NCBI GenBank assembly: GCA_016212395.1
Contig: JACRGF010000005.1
Coordinates: 1-46,995, forward strand
DNA length: 46,995 nt
Source: Candidatus Micrarchaeota archaeon
GTDB lineage: Archaea; Micrarchaeota; Micrarchaeia; Burarchaeales; JACRGF01
Direction of reading: 5' to 3'
Shown here: positions 35,942-44,614 of the stretch, piece by piece
Layout of the letters: the number at the start of each line of letters is the position of its first letter
Position numbering within the stretch: position 1 is the first letter of the stretch
Program-made: the position numbers and the translations under genes
The notes under the pieces: generated by a model
Seen by the model: only the letters and a program-made list of their open reading frames with translations
Told to the model about the DNA's origin: nothing
Databases searched by the model: none

Positions 35942-37099
35942 TTATTTTCCGCCTTTTCTTTCTATATACCATAATACTATTGGGGCGTTGAAGAACCACG
36001 TTGCGATAATGTCGCCTATCAAGCCGCAGACTGCAACTGCGGCTATTTGGTAGTAAGTGGGGATTCTAACGAAGAACGACAACAGCAATAGCGAAGCGAA
36101 CACGGTGAGTGCAGCCAAGCTCATTGTAACTCCTGTTTTCATTGTTTCGCGCGCGCGCTGGCGTGCCGTTCCCTCAGAGCGCTTGAGCGTGCGAATAGTA
36201 AGAAGAACGTCGGTGTCGAGTGAAAAGCCTATGAGCATGAGCAATGCAGCGAAAGAAGAGAGCGTCAACGGAATTCCGAACAACCCCATCGCACCCATTG
36301 CTATTATAATGTCTGAAGCAGCTCCAGTGAGCACTGCAACTGAAGGAATGACAGAGCGGAACACGATGAATACCACGACCATGCTTAACACTGCCGCGAA
36401 TATTACTACGCTCACTGCTTTCTGGAGGAAGAAAGAGCTAAGCGAAGGGCTCACGTCGTTAAAAGAGTAGGAAGCGTGAGAGAGCGAGGGGGGAATTGCT
36501 TGAAGGACTTTCGCGCGGTACGTTTCTTTTGCTTTCGAAAAACTCGCGCGCACTATTTTGTCCAACTCGTGCAAGTCAGAGTAATTGCGCGGGATAGGGC
36601 CAGTTAACTCTTCGCAATCGCGCAAAACGTTTTCGCCTAAAACGTAGAGGTCGGCTTTTTCAGAATCATATTGAGACTTGTATAATGCAAGCCGCGCCAA
36701 ATCGTCTTGAGTCGCCCTGCCGCTTGCCTGCAAGCGCTCTAACTCTTGAACGAAAGGCTCGAGCCTGCTCGCGTCCTCGTACTTCGGGAAAAACTGTTTG
36801 ATGCTCGTTTCTGCAGAGGCGAGCCGGTCGTTCTGTGAAATCTGGGCTTCCAAAACAACGCCAGTCGGGTTCGGGTATTTCTCTATTGAAACTTCCTTCA
36901 CGCCAATAGCACGCAAGTTCGCTTCAAGCTCTGCCTCGTCGACAACACGCTCATTAGTCTGGATGGTAATGAGAATGCCTCCCTTCAACTCCACGCCTGC
37001 AGGAATTTTCGGAATGAAAAATAGCGAGAGCAGAATCAAGGCTAGAGGAAGAATGACGAGCTTCTTATAATCCCCAGCGTACAAGTCAGGAAAATCCAT
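35942..37099 (-). CDS. secF: Protein-export membrane protein SecF (archaeal type)
   Basis: GVELKGG, VFRSVIPS, AALLMLIGFSLDTDVLLT, GLIGDIIATWFFNA. Confidence 0.93.
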   Translation of the reverse strand: MDFPDLYAGDYKKLVILPLALILLSLFFIPKIPAGVELKGGILITIQTNERVVDEAELEANLRAIGVKEVSIEKYPNPTGVVLEAQISQNDRLASAETSIKQFFPKYEDASRLEPFVQELERLQASGRATQDDLARLALYKSQYDSEKADLYVLGENVLRDCEELTGPIPRNYSDLHELDKIVRASFSKAKETYRAKVLQAIPPSLSHASYSFNDVSPSLSSFFLQKAVSVVIFAAVLSMVVVFIVFRSVIPSVAVLTGAASDIIIAMGAMGLFGIPLTLSSFAALLMLIGFSLDTDVLLTIRTLKRSEGTARQRARETMKTGVTMSLAALTVFASLLLLSFFVRIPTYYQIAAVAVCGLIGDIIATWFFNAPIVLWYIERKGGK

Positions 37100-37270
37100 T
37101 CAAAAACCTTTAACTCCCACAAGAAAACAAGTTATTGGAGACAAATAATTTAAACCAATTGCCTTGCATCAAAGACTCGAGACGACGATTTTCGGAGTGC
37201 GCGCCAATCAACGCGCTGCTTTCAAGGGGAAAAAAAAACATTTTTATACGTTGGCGTCATACGCTTACTC

Positions 37271-39241
37271 ATGAAAAAACTCGAGTTTATAGCCTTGCTT
37301 CTTGTTTTCGGAATTGTAGCAACAGGATTTGTTTTAGCGCAAGACGCTTCAAGCGGAACGCCTCCAGCTGAAGGAGGTGGAAGCGCGCCGCCAACGAGTG
37401 GTGGTGGAGATTATTCAACGCCTCCTTCAAGCGGAGGAGGTAGTTATCCGAGTGGCGGAGGCAGTTATCCTTCAGGAAGTGGAGGTTACCCGAGTGGAAG
37501 TTATCCAGTGCCTCCAGCAGGCAGCGAAGGAGGTTATCCGACGAGTGGCGGTGAAGGAGCGAGTGGGGGGTATCCGAGCGAAGGGGGTTATCCGTCTGGC
37601 AGTGAGGGAAGTTTTCCGAGTGGGAATGGAACTGGGAGTGGAGGGAGTTTCATTGTTTCGCCGAGTGGAGGGCCTGTGGGATGCGCGAGTGCTGAAGAGT
37701 GTTCTGCTTACTGCAGTGCAAACCCGAGCGCTGGCGGGTGCGGGGTTATAAACAACAGAGGGACAGGCGGTTTTGTTGTTTCGACTGGCGGAGAGCCTGG
37801 AAACTATTCAGGCGGGGGAGGACTGTCTTCAGGCGCGAATGGCGGTCCTGGAGGTTGCACTACGCAAGAAGAGTGCCAAGCTTATTGCAATGCAAACCCG
37901 GATGAGTGTGATGGCGGAGGGCTTGGAGGCGCGCCTTCTTTTGGTGAAGGCGAACCTGGCTTTGAGCCTGGGGGTCCTCAAGGCGAGAGGGGTGAGGGCC
38001 AGCGTGAAAGGAAGCGGAGAGAACCTCCGCGCAGGCCTGAAGGCAGAGGCCCGCCTGAAACTATTCCGCCAGAGATTAGGGAGGCTGGAGCAACACAGGA
38101 TTTCGTTGACATGATGTGCGTAATGGCGCGTTTTAATTCGCAGAGGTTTGTTATAGCGACTGAAACTGCGGAACAGCATTTCATGCAGTTGAGTGGCGAG
38201 ATTGAAATCGATTCTACAAAGCTTCAGGAACTGCGCGAGAGGATTCAAGTGCGCGCCGAGGAATTGTGCAGTGCGAACGAAGCGAACTTTGGCTCTGCAA
38301 TGAAATCGTTCATGAGCACGATGGAAGGCCCTGACGGCATGGAGGCTGCCATGAACGATATTGGAAACCAGGTTGAAACTCAAATGAAAGAGAAAATGGA
38401 GGCAATGCAAGCTGAAATGCAGCCGAGGATAGAGCGGATGAACGAGTTGAGGAGGCAGATTCAAGAGATTGACGCGATGAAGCGCGACGTTGCTTTTTCA
38501 GGCGCGAGCGGCGAGGCACTGCAAGTGTTCGACCAGCAGAAACAGCCGTTGTACGAGGAAATGCAGAGGCTGGGCGAAGAAATGAAACTGCAGGGGGAAC
38601 AGGCGAGAGCACTGGGAAGCAACCTCGAGACAGTGTTCAACGGGCTCGGGGAAAAAATGGAGGCGAACTTTGACGAAAACTCTGCGGAGTTCACCGCGTT
38701 CAAAATGGAGATGGCTGAAAAGCAAATGGCGTTGTTCACGAAAGTGTTCGACATTAAAATGGAGGAAGTGAAGAAGCAGAAGGAAAAACTCGAGGCGGAC
38801 GGGATTGACGCGAGCGTTTTTGACGAGCTCATCGCTTGGGCGGAGTCGAAGAAAACCGAGGCGCAAAGCGTTTTCTCTTCTGGAAACGAAGAGCAGATGG
38901 AAGCGTTCATGAAGGGAATGGACGCGTCAGGCAACGAGTGGGAAGCAAAGATAGACGCCGCTATTTCAACGCAAATAGAAGAAAAAATAGAACGCAAGTG
39001 GAGCGAGTTGAAGCCCACTATTGAGGAGGGAATCGCGTTGGCGGAAGAAAACGATTTGGACACGACGCAAATAAGAACAATCGTTGCTGAACTCGAGCAG
39101 ATCCAGGTTGACTACAAGACAGCACAGGGAGAACAGAAACGCGAGTTGCACTCGAAAGCGAAAGGCAAGTTTGAAGAATTAAAGGCGGAATGGGAGTATT
39201 TGAGGGCTGAACTCGAGTGGGCTATAGAGCAGGAAGGATAA
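37271..39241 (+). CDS. Secreted protein with Gly/Ser/Pro/Tyr repeats, two Cys mini-domains and a long acidic coiled coil
   Basis: Signal peptide; SGGGSYP-type repeats; GP.GC...EEC.AYC..NP twice; Glu/Met-rich helical C-terminal half. Confidence 0.85.
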   Translation: MKKLEFIALLLVFGIVATGFVLAQDASSGTPPAEGGGSAPPTSGGGDYSTPPSSGGGSYPSGGGSYPSGSGGYPSGSYPVPPAGSEGGYPTSGGEGASGGYPSEGGYPSGSEGSFPSGNGTGSGGSFIVSPSGGPVGCASAEECSAYCSANPSAGGCGVINNRGTGGFVVSTGGEPGNYSGGGGLSSGANGGPGGCTTQEECQAYCNANPDECDGGGLGGAPSFGEGEPGFEPGGPQGERGEGQRERKRREPPRRPEGRGPPETIPPEIREAGATQDFVDMMCVMARFNSQRFVIATETAEQHFMQLSGEIEIDSTKLQELRERIQVRAEELCSANEANFGSAMKSFMSTMEGPDGMEAAMNDIGNQVETQMKEKMEAMQAEMQPRIERMNELRRQIQEIDAMKRDVAFSGASGEALQVFDQQKQPLYEEMQRLGEEMKLQGEQARALGSNLETVFNGLGEKMEANFDENSAEFTAFKMEMAEKQMALFTKVFDIKMEEVKKQKEKLEADGIDASVFDELIAWAESKKTEAQSVFSSGNEEQMEAFMKGMDASGNEWEAKIDAAISTQIEEKIERKWSELKPTIEEGIALAEENDLDTTQIRTIVAELEQIQVDYKTAQGEQKRELHSKAKGKFEELKAEWEYLRAELEWAIEQEG

Positions 39242-39256
39242 GAATAAAGAGCATGA

Positions 39257-39592
39257 ATGGAAAGTTCGGTGAATAAACAAGCAGGGACTATGGGTGGTGT
39301 TGTGAAAAAATTTTTTGTATTGCTGTTGGCTGCAAGCTTGCTGTTATTCGGGTGCGCGCAAACTCAAGAGCAACCGCAAGCAGGAGAGTCGAACAAAACG
39401 CTGAACGAAACGCCTAAAACCCTCAAAGAAACTACTTTGGCGGAAAAAACGAAACAAAAACTCGCAGCGCTTCCACCGGAACTCCCTGACTTGTACCGCT
39501 CGAAAGAAACAAGCATTGATTTGGGGACAGACATTCTTGAAAACCCGTTCCCTGACAAGCCAAATCTTGGAAGCGAGTCAAACAATTCGTAA
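39257..39592 (+). CDS. Small putative lipoprotein
   Basis: VKKFFVLLLAASLLLFGC lipobox-like signal; the true start may be GTG near 39302. Confidence 0.7.
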   Translation: MESSVNKQAGTMGGVVKKFFVLLLAASLLLFGCAQTQEQPQAGESNKTLNETPKTLKETTLAEKTKQKLAALPPELPDLYRSKETSIDLGTDILENPFPDKPNLGSESNNS

Positions 39593-39597
39593 CGTTA

Positions 39598-39734
39598 TAG
39601 CAAACCACGAGAGTAATGCGGCAAAAGTCTAATGATTCTTTCTCGTGGTTTGCTAGAAGCAGAGCCGATGTCGAGCTTCGCTCGACAGCTTTACACGACT
39701 AAGTCGTGTAAACCAAATTACTTTTCGGCTCTGC
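39598..39734. repeat. Compound palindromic element between convergent genes
   Basis: 15-bp perfect inverted repeat (39598-39612 / 39641-39655), then a 10-bp inverted repeat (39659-39668 / 39725-39734) enclosing two perfect hairpins. Confidence 0.85.
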
Positions 39735-39778
39735 CGTAGTTTCGCACTGATGGTGTCCATCTGCATTGCTGCCAGCGT

Positions 39779-40513
39779 TTATCTCGCGTTCGTTTCACTG
39801 CCGTATTGCTTTGGAGTGGTTTGCGCATCACTCGAGCCAGCGAACTCCGCGTCAACGCGCCCGCGTATTTCCTCGACGTTCACGCCTGCTTTTTCGAACG
39901 CCTTGCGCAATTCGCCTGCAAAATTCTCGCGTTGTTCAGGATGCTCGCAAAACAATCGAGCGAGGGCGATTGGAACGTTTTCAGCTTTGCCTTCCAACCC
40001 TTTAGAGTTAGGCTCGAGCGCGCCAGCCAAGTCTTCAAGCTCGCGCGCGGAAAATTCGGAAACGCTTTTTTCAGCGAACGCGTGCCTGAATTTTTCTTTG
40101 CTCGCACTCTCGAGCAATGCGGAAAGCACGCCAGCGCTTTTCGCTGAAAAAGCAATGCGCCAAATTTCTTCGTTCAACACGTCCGGGCTCTGCGCGTCAA
40201 CAAGCAAGCCAAGCCTGCTCGCAAACCCGAGGGCGCTTAAGGATTTTTCCAGCGCGTCGCTGCAAACTCGAGTTGGAATTCCAGCGCTTATTGCAGAGCA
40301 CACTGCGTTCACTGCGTGAATAAGTTCTTCACTTTTGAAATCAGGCTTTGCTTTTTCGATTGCCTGCGACGCTTGCACGCGCATCGTCTGGCTCGGCTCT
40401 GGGCGTTGGTGAACTCTATCGTACCTCGTAAAATCAAGAATGGTTCCGGCATGAGCTTGCGCGACAGTTTTAGCCTTGCCTTGCTGGCTGGGAGCTTGCT
40501 TTGCATTAGACAT
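39779..40513 (-). CDS. Hypothetical helical protein
   Basis: Likely start MSNAK at 40513; Ala/Glu-rich; no motif recognised. Confidence 0.65.
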   Translation of the reverse strand: MSNAKQAPSQQGKAKTVAQAHAGTILDFTRYDRVHQRPEPSQTMRVQASQAIEKAKPDFKSEELIHAVNAVCSAISAGIPTRVCSDALEKSLSALGFASRLGLLVDAQSPDVLNEEIWRIAFSAKSAGVLSALLESASKEKFRHAFAEKSVSEFSARELEDLAGALEPNSKGLEGKAENVPIALARLFCEHPEQRENFAGELRKAFEKAGVNVEEIRGRVDAEFAGSSDAQTTPKQYGSETNAR

Positions 40514-40698
40514 ATGACAGGGGAGTATGCGTTCGGGAGTATAAAAAAGTTTCGCAGAACTGTGAACTGGTTTCTTCACTCGTTTTGGCGACGAAACGTT
40601 TGCTTTTCCAATAATTGAAACGCTGTTGCTTAACAGCATAGTATAGCAGAGGTTTATAATTTATGCGCTTCAAATAAGAATTGACAATGGTGGTATAT

Positions 40699-40890
40699 AT
40701 GAAGGGAAAAGTGAAGATGTTTAACACCGCGCGTGGATTCGGATTTATCACGGGCGACGACGGGAAAGACGTGTACGTGCACACTTCTTCTATTGAAGGC
40801 GGTGCAGCTCTGGCAGTCGGCGACGCTGTAGAATACGAAGTAGAAGCAGGCGAACGCGGGCCAAGAGCGAAAGGCGTGAAAAAAGTTTAA
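40699..40890 (+). CDS. csp: Cold-shock domain protein
   Basis: [17 protein letters not shown] (RNP1), DVYVH (RNP2), GPRAKGV. Confidence 0.95.
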   Translation: MKGKVKMFNTARGFGFITGDDGKDVYVHTSSIEGGAALAVGDAVEYEVEAGERGPRAKGVKKV

Positions 40891-40936
40891 AAAGAGTTTT
40901 CTGAAAACAGCAAGCAGGCAAACTCAACACTTAGCT

Positions 40937-43084
40937 TTAGCTTAACGCGAAGAGAGACTTGAAAATCCTGAAAAAAACAGTTAACAGTTCAATAAAGCTC
41001 TTGCTGCAGTCGCCACGGCATTTTGTTTCTCCTTTCTCGCAGGCTCCGTCACCGCATTTGCTTGTTTCGAGAGTTTCACGATCGCTTGTCGCACAGAAAG
41101 GCGTGATTTCTTTCTTTTCCTTTCCGTCCACTTTCAATCCATAGTAACTGCATTCACCTGCATTCCCAGCGTCAACAACGTATTCCCAAGTGATGGCGTT
41201 TCCAGTGTTTGGCTCTATGAGAAAGGAATGGTTTTGAACAGAGTGCGTTGAACCGTCAGCAGTTTTGTAGTTAGAGTTGAAAGTTATTTCTACGGATTCG
41301 TTACCGTTGCTGACGACTGCCAGTTCGCAGTATATTTTGTACTTTAAGCAAGAAGGAGAAGAACATGTTTCTTTGAATGCATAGCATTGGTCTTTGTGCT
41401 TGTTCCACTTGACGCACGTTTGCTGCTTGCTAGTGCAATCGCCGTCCAAGCACGAGCGAGCTGTTTCTCCGAAAAAACGCGCGTTTACAAAATGCTCTTC
41501 GGAAACGCAGAAAGAGTTTTGCTCAAAAGAGGAAGCGTTGAACTTGTTCGAGTAAGTTTGGCTGAAATTGCTTGCTGTTGGATAGTACGTTTGGCTTGAG
41601 TTGGTTGTTGGACTCGCTTGGCTGGAGTTGCTTGTTGAACCGTCTGGCCAGATAGTGTTTGGGCAGTTGTTGCTTATCCAGTCAACTTGCCGGGTGAGCG
41701 TCAAGTCCCATTTCTCTTCGCCGAGAACAGCGTAAAGAGAATTAGGGTTGTCTTGCTTGCGGTGGATGCTGTCAGGGCACGTCTTGTCGTAATAATCGCC
41801 AGCCATGCTGTTGTTTCGAACAGGAGAAATGCTTGCAGGCCCGTCTCCAACACCTATTGCTAATAGTTCTCCTGGGACTGCCGCCGCGTAAATAACTCCT
41901 TCCTTGCCTATTGCAGGAGACGAGATGAAGCCGCCCCTGCCATCTTCAATCCTCCACTTTTCTTTGCCTTCAAGAGTGTAAGCAAAAAAGTATCCTGCAA
42001 GCGACCCAAAGTAAATCGTCCCGTCCGCGCCGATTGCCGGAGAAGAGCTTAACGATTCGAAGCTTGAAGGCGTTTCAGCACGCCATAATTCCCTGCCGTC
42101 TGGAGTGAGAGCATGAAAAACCCCGCCCCAATCGCCGAAGTAAATAGTTCCGTCTTTGCCGAGGGCGGGCGAGACGCTCATGCCCGAGTCGAGTGGAAAT
42201 TTCCATTTTTCTTTTCCATCAGGAGTTAAGGCGTAAAACTTTCCATTTTTAGGGTTTATTCTCCCCTTCACTCCAATGTAAATCGTCTCATCAGCGCCGA
42301 TGACTGCAGACCCTTCAACTATTCCATCAGGCATGAACGTCCACTTTATCGACCCGTCTGGGTTGAACGCGTAAACGCAACTTGCGAAAGTGCCAATGCT
42401 CGAGTCTAAACACCCTCCCGACGTGACGATTGTGCCGTCAGAAGCGAATACTGCAGTGGACGTAACTCCAGCAGACCCAGTGTCATGCTTCCACTTCAGA
42501 GTGCCGTCAGGGTTGATGGCGTAAAGCGTTCCGCCAATCTCCTGCGGCTTGCCGCTTTCGCGAGGCGGGTAGTTTTCGCTTCCAACGTAAATAGTGCCGT
42601 CAGGCGCAATAGTTGGAGACGACCAAACGTTTTTGAACAAGTGGACGGGGTAACGCCATTTTTCACTGCCGTCAGGATTAACCGCAATGAGCCAGTTCGC
42701 CATTGTAACAAAATAAATAGTGCCATCCTTGGAAACTGCGGGAGTGCTTTGCGCGCACGAGGACGTGTTCCATTCCTTGGAAAAAACAGGCTCTCCGCCG
42801 TCAAACTGCCACTTTTTCGTGCCGTTCGGGCTTACAGCGTAAAGGTCGCAGTCATGAGAAGGAATGTATATTGCCCCATCTGAAGCCAAGACAGGCGAAG
42901 CTTCTATTCCGCCTGAAGTTTTGAACTTCCACAAAACCGCTCCATTCACTTCACTAGTGTCATAAATTGAAAGTCCAGTCCCGCGAGCGTCACCGTGAAA
43001 AACAGGCCAAGCAGAATCAGCAGGCTGGGCATTAGCAGAATTGACGAAGAAGAATAACATGAAAACAAAAATTATATTCTTCAT
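40937..43084 (-). CDS. Secreted PQQ-like beta-propeller repeat protein with Ser/Thr linker and Cys-rich C-terminal region
   Basis: Signal peptide; WPVFHGD...TG; about 8 repeats of SP.I..DGTIY.......LYA.NPDG..KW; CGDGACEKGE. Confidence 0.9.
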   Translation of the reverse strand: MKNIIFVFMLFFFVNSANAQPADSAWPVFHGDARGTGLSIYDTSEVNGAVLWKFKTSGGIEASPVLASDGAIYIPSHDCDLYAVSPNGTKKWQFDGGEPVFSKEWNTSSCAQSTPAVSKDGTIYFVTMANWLIAVNPDGSEKWRYPVHLFKNVWSSPTIAPDGTIYVGSENYPPRESGKPQEIGGTLYAINPDGTLKWKHDTGSAGVTSTAVFASDGTIVTSGGCLDSSIGTFASCVYAFNPDGSIKWTFMPDGIVEGSAVIGADETIYIGVKGRINPKNGKFYALTPDGKEKWKFPLDSGMSVSPALGKDGTIYFGDWGGVFHALTPDGRELWRAETPSSFESLSSSPAIGADGTIYFGSLAGYFFAYTLEGKEKWRIEDGRGGFISSPAIGKEGVIYAAAVPGELLAIGVGDGPASISPVRNNSMAGDYYDKTCPDSIHRKQDNPNSLYAVLGEEKWDLTLTRQVDWISNNCPNTIWPDGSTSNSSQASPTTNSSQTYYPTASNFSQTYSNKFNASSFEQNSFCVSEEHFVNARFFGETARSCLDGDCTSKQQTCVKWNKHKDQCYAFKETCSSPSCLKYKIYCELAVVSNGNESVEITFNSNYKTADGSTHSVQNHSFLIEPNTGNAITWEYVVDAGNAGECSYYGLKVDGKEKKEITPFCATSDRETLETSKCGDGACEKGETKCRGDCSKSFIELLTVFFRIFKSLFALS

Positions 43085-43161
43085 TTCCCGCCTCGTTTTC
43101 AGTAGGAATAACGAGGTTATTAATACTTTTCAAACGCCATAATAGCGAAGGCATTGCACAT

Positions 43162-43237
43162 ATGGCTACAAACTACACGCTTTACAAGTTGTAGCCATTA
43201 TGACCACAATATTTATAAATATATAATGTGTAGCCAT
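43162..43237. promoter_or_regulatory. Operator-like repeats flanking the TATA box of the second Fic gene
   Basis: atggctacaa (43162) and ttgtagccat (43189) form a perfect inverted repeat; atgaccacaa (43200) and tgtagccat (43229) flank tttataaa (43212). Confidence 0.65.
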
Positions 43238-43241
43238 ATAC

Positions 43242-44183
43242 ATGTCGTTTATTGAAAAACAGCGCCATGGAAACGGATTTTATTGCTACCTAGTAAAAAA
43301 TGTGCGCCTCTCTCCTTCGAAAGTAAAAAAGGTGAGGATTTTCCTCGGTAAGGAAGTTCCGCCACACGATAAACTGCAGGAGCTTTTTAAGGAAATAGAA
43401 AAGAAAGCGCCAAAACCATATTCCTCAAAATGGCTCCCTAAAGAAACTTTGGAACAGGTAGAAGATTTGCATGCGTCGGTAGCCGTATTCAAAAGTTTTC
43501 CAAATGAAGTTGTGCCGACGGACTTCTTGGTTCGATTTACGTATAACACTAATGCGATTGAAGGAAACCCGCTTACATTAAGGCAAACTGCGCTTATTCT
43601 ATCAGATAATATCGCGCCCCAGGGTGCGAGAACAGGTGATGTGGTGGAGGTAATGAATGGCAAGGATGCGTGGGAATTTGTCAAGAACTGCAAAAGCAGC
43701 GTAAATGAAAAATTCTTGCAAAATGTCCAGTACGAAGTTACTAAGAACACTAAATGCAGGTTGCAGGGAGAATACCGTGACAGTGAAGTTTTAATAGGAG
43801 GCTCTGAATGGAAACCACCGCACGCCAAGGAAGTTCCTGTACGAATGAAAAAGATGGTCGCAGAATACAGAAAATTAAAGCGTAAGTTGCATCCAGTCGA
43901 ATTGGCAACCTGGGTTCACAACAACATAGTTCAGATACACCCTTTCACTGATGGCAATGGGAGAACAGCAAGATTGTTGATGAACTGGACATTGATTAGA
44001 AAGAAATTTCCACCAGTAGTGATAAGCGTGCAGAATAAGGAACAGTATTATTATGCGATAGAAGCAGCTGATAGAGGAGACCAAAAACCGTTTGCAGTTT
44101 TCCTTGCAAAACAGCTTTTAGCGCAATACTTTGAACTGGAAAAAAAAAGCCGGGATAGGCAACAGACTGTTCGAGAACAGTGA
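43242..44183 (+). CDS. Fic-domain protein
   Basis: Canonical HPFTDGNGRTAR; TNAIEGN inhibitory motif; basic beta-rich N-terminus. Confidence 0.95.
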   Translation: MSFIEKQRHGNGFYCYLVKNVRLSPSKVKKVRIFLGKEVPPHDKLQELFKEIEKKAPKPYSSKWLPKETLEQVEDLHASVAVFKSFPNEVVPTDFLVRFTYNTNAIEGNPLTLRQTALILSDNIAPQGARTGDVVEVMNGKDAWEFVKNCKSSVNEKFLQNVQYEVTKNTKCRLQGEYRDSEVLIGGSEWKPPHAKEVPVRMKKMVAEYRKLKRKLHPVELATWVHNNIVQIHPFTDGNGRTARLLMNWTLIRKKFPPVVISVQNKEQYYYAIEAADRGDQKPFAVFLAKQLLAQYFELEKKSRDRQQTVREQ

Positions 44184-44330
44184 ACAGGAATGCAGGGGAA
44201 GAAACCTCTGACCATATCTGAGGACGCTCTGCCATTTTGCCCTTTTTGTCGAGGTGGATCTTGCATAAGTTCTATTTAAGGCTGGCCTGAGGCAGATTAG
44301 GCAATTGACTTTAAGACGATAGCATACTAC

Positions 44331-44494
44331 GGCTCTGTAGAAAACATGCATGGCAGCAGCACCGCCAATACGCCGCCACGCCTGTGGCAGCCCGCTTTGA
44401 GGGCTGGTCGCCTCGAGGCGACTGTCGCCAAGCGCCACCGCATCGTTGGCGGTGGCGGCGGACGTGCTGCTGCCACAAGCATTTCTACAGAGCC
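44331..44494. mobile_element. MITE-like 164-bp GC-rich element with terminal inverted repeats and a target-site-duplication-like flank
   Basis: 13-bp perfect TIR ggctctgtagaaa / tttctacagagcc; flanks gcatactac (44322-44330) and acatactac (44495-44503); internal 12-bp inverted repeat and several hairpins. Confidence 0.7.
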
Positions 44495-44614
44495 ACATAC
44501 TACAAACTACAACTAAACTAATATTTTCTTAGAATTTTAGTAAAATAACATTATTAAATTGTAAACTTTCATAAAAAAGATAAGTTTAAATATGTATAGC
44601 ACCACAATAACTGC

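Noticed and set aside
39598-39734. GNA-loop hairpins as a DGR cis-element
   Set aside because: No reverse transcriptase and no TR/VR pair with adenine-specific mismatches seen in the window.
39659-39734. cagagcc/ggctctg arms shared with the MITE ends at 44331-44494
   Set aside because: Only 7 bp match and the orientation is inside-out, which is insufficient to call them the same family.
40937-43084. PQQ-dependent dehydrogenase or BamB call for the beta-propeller protein
   Set aside because: Only generic propeller repeats are visible; there are no catalytic features supporting a specific function.
43996-44498. Minus-strand ORFs 43996-44235, 44051-44266 and 44118-44498
   Set aside because: They overlap the Fic gene and the GC-rich palindromic element and show no protein-like motifs.
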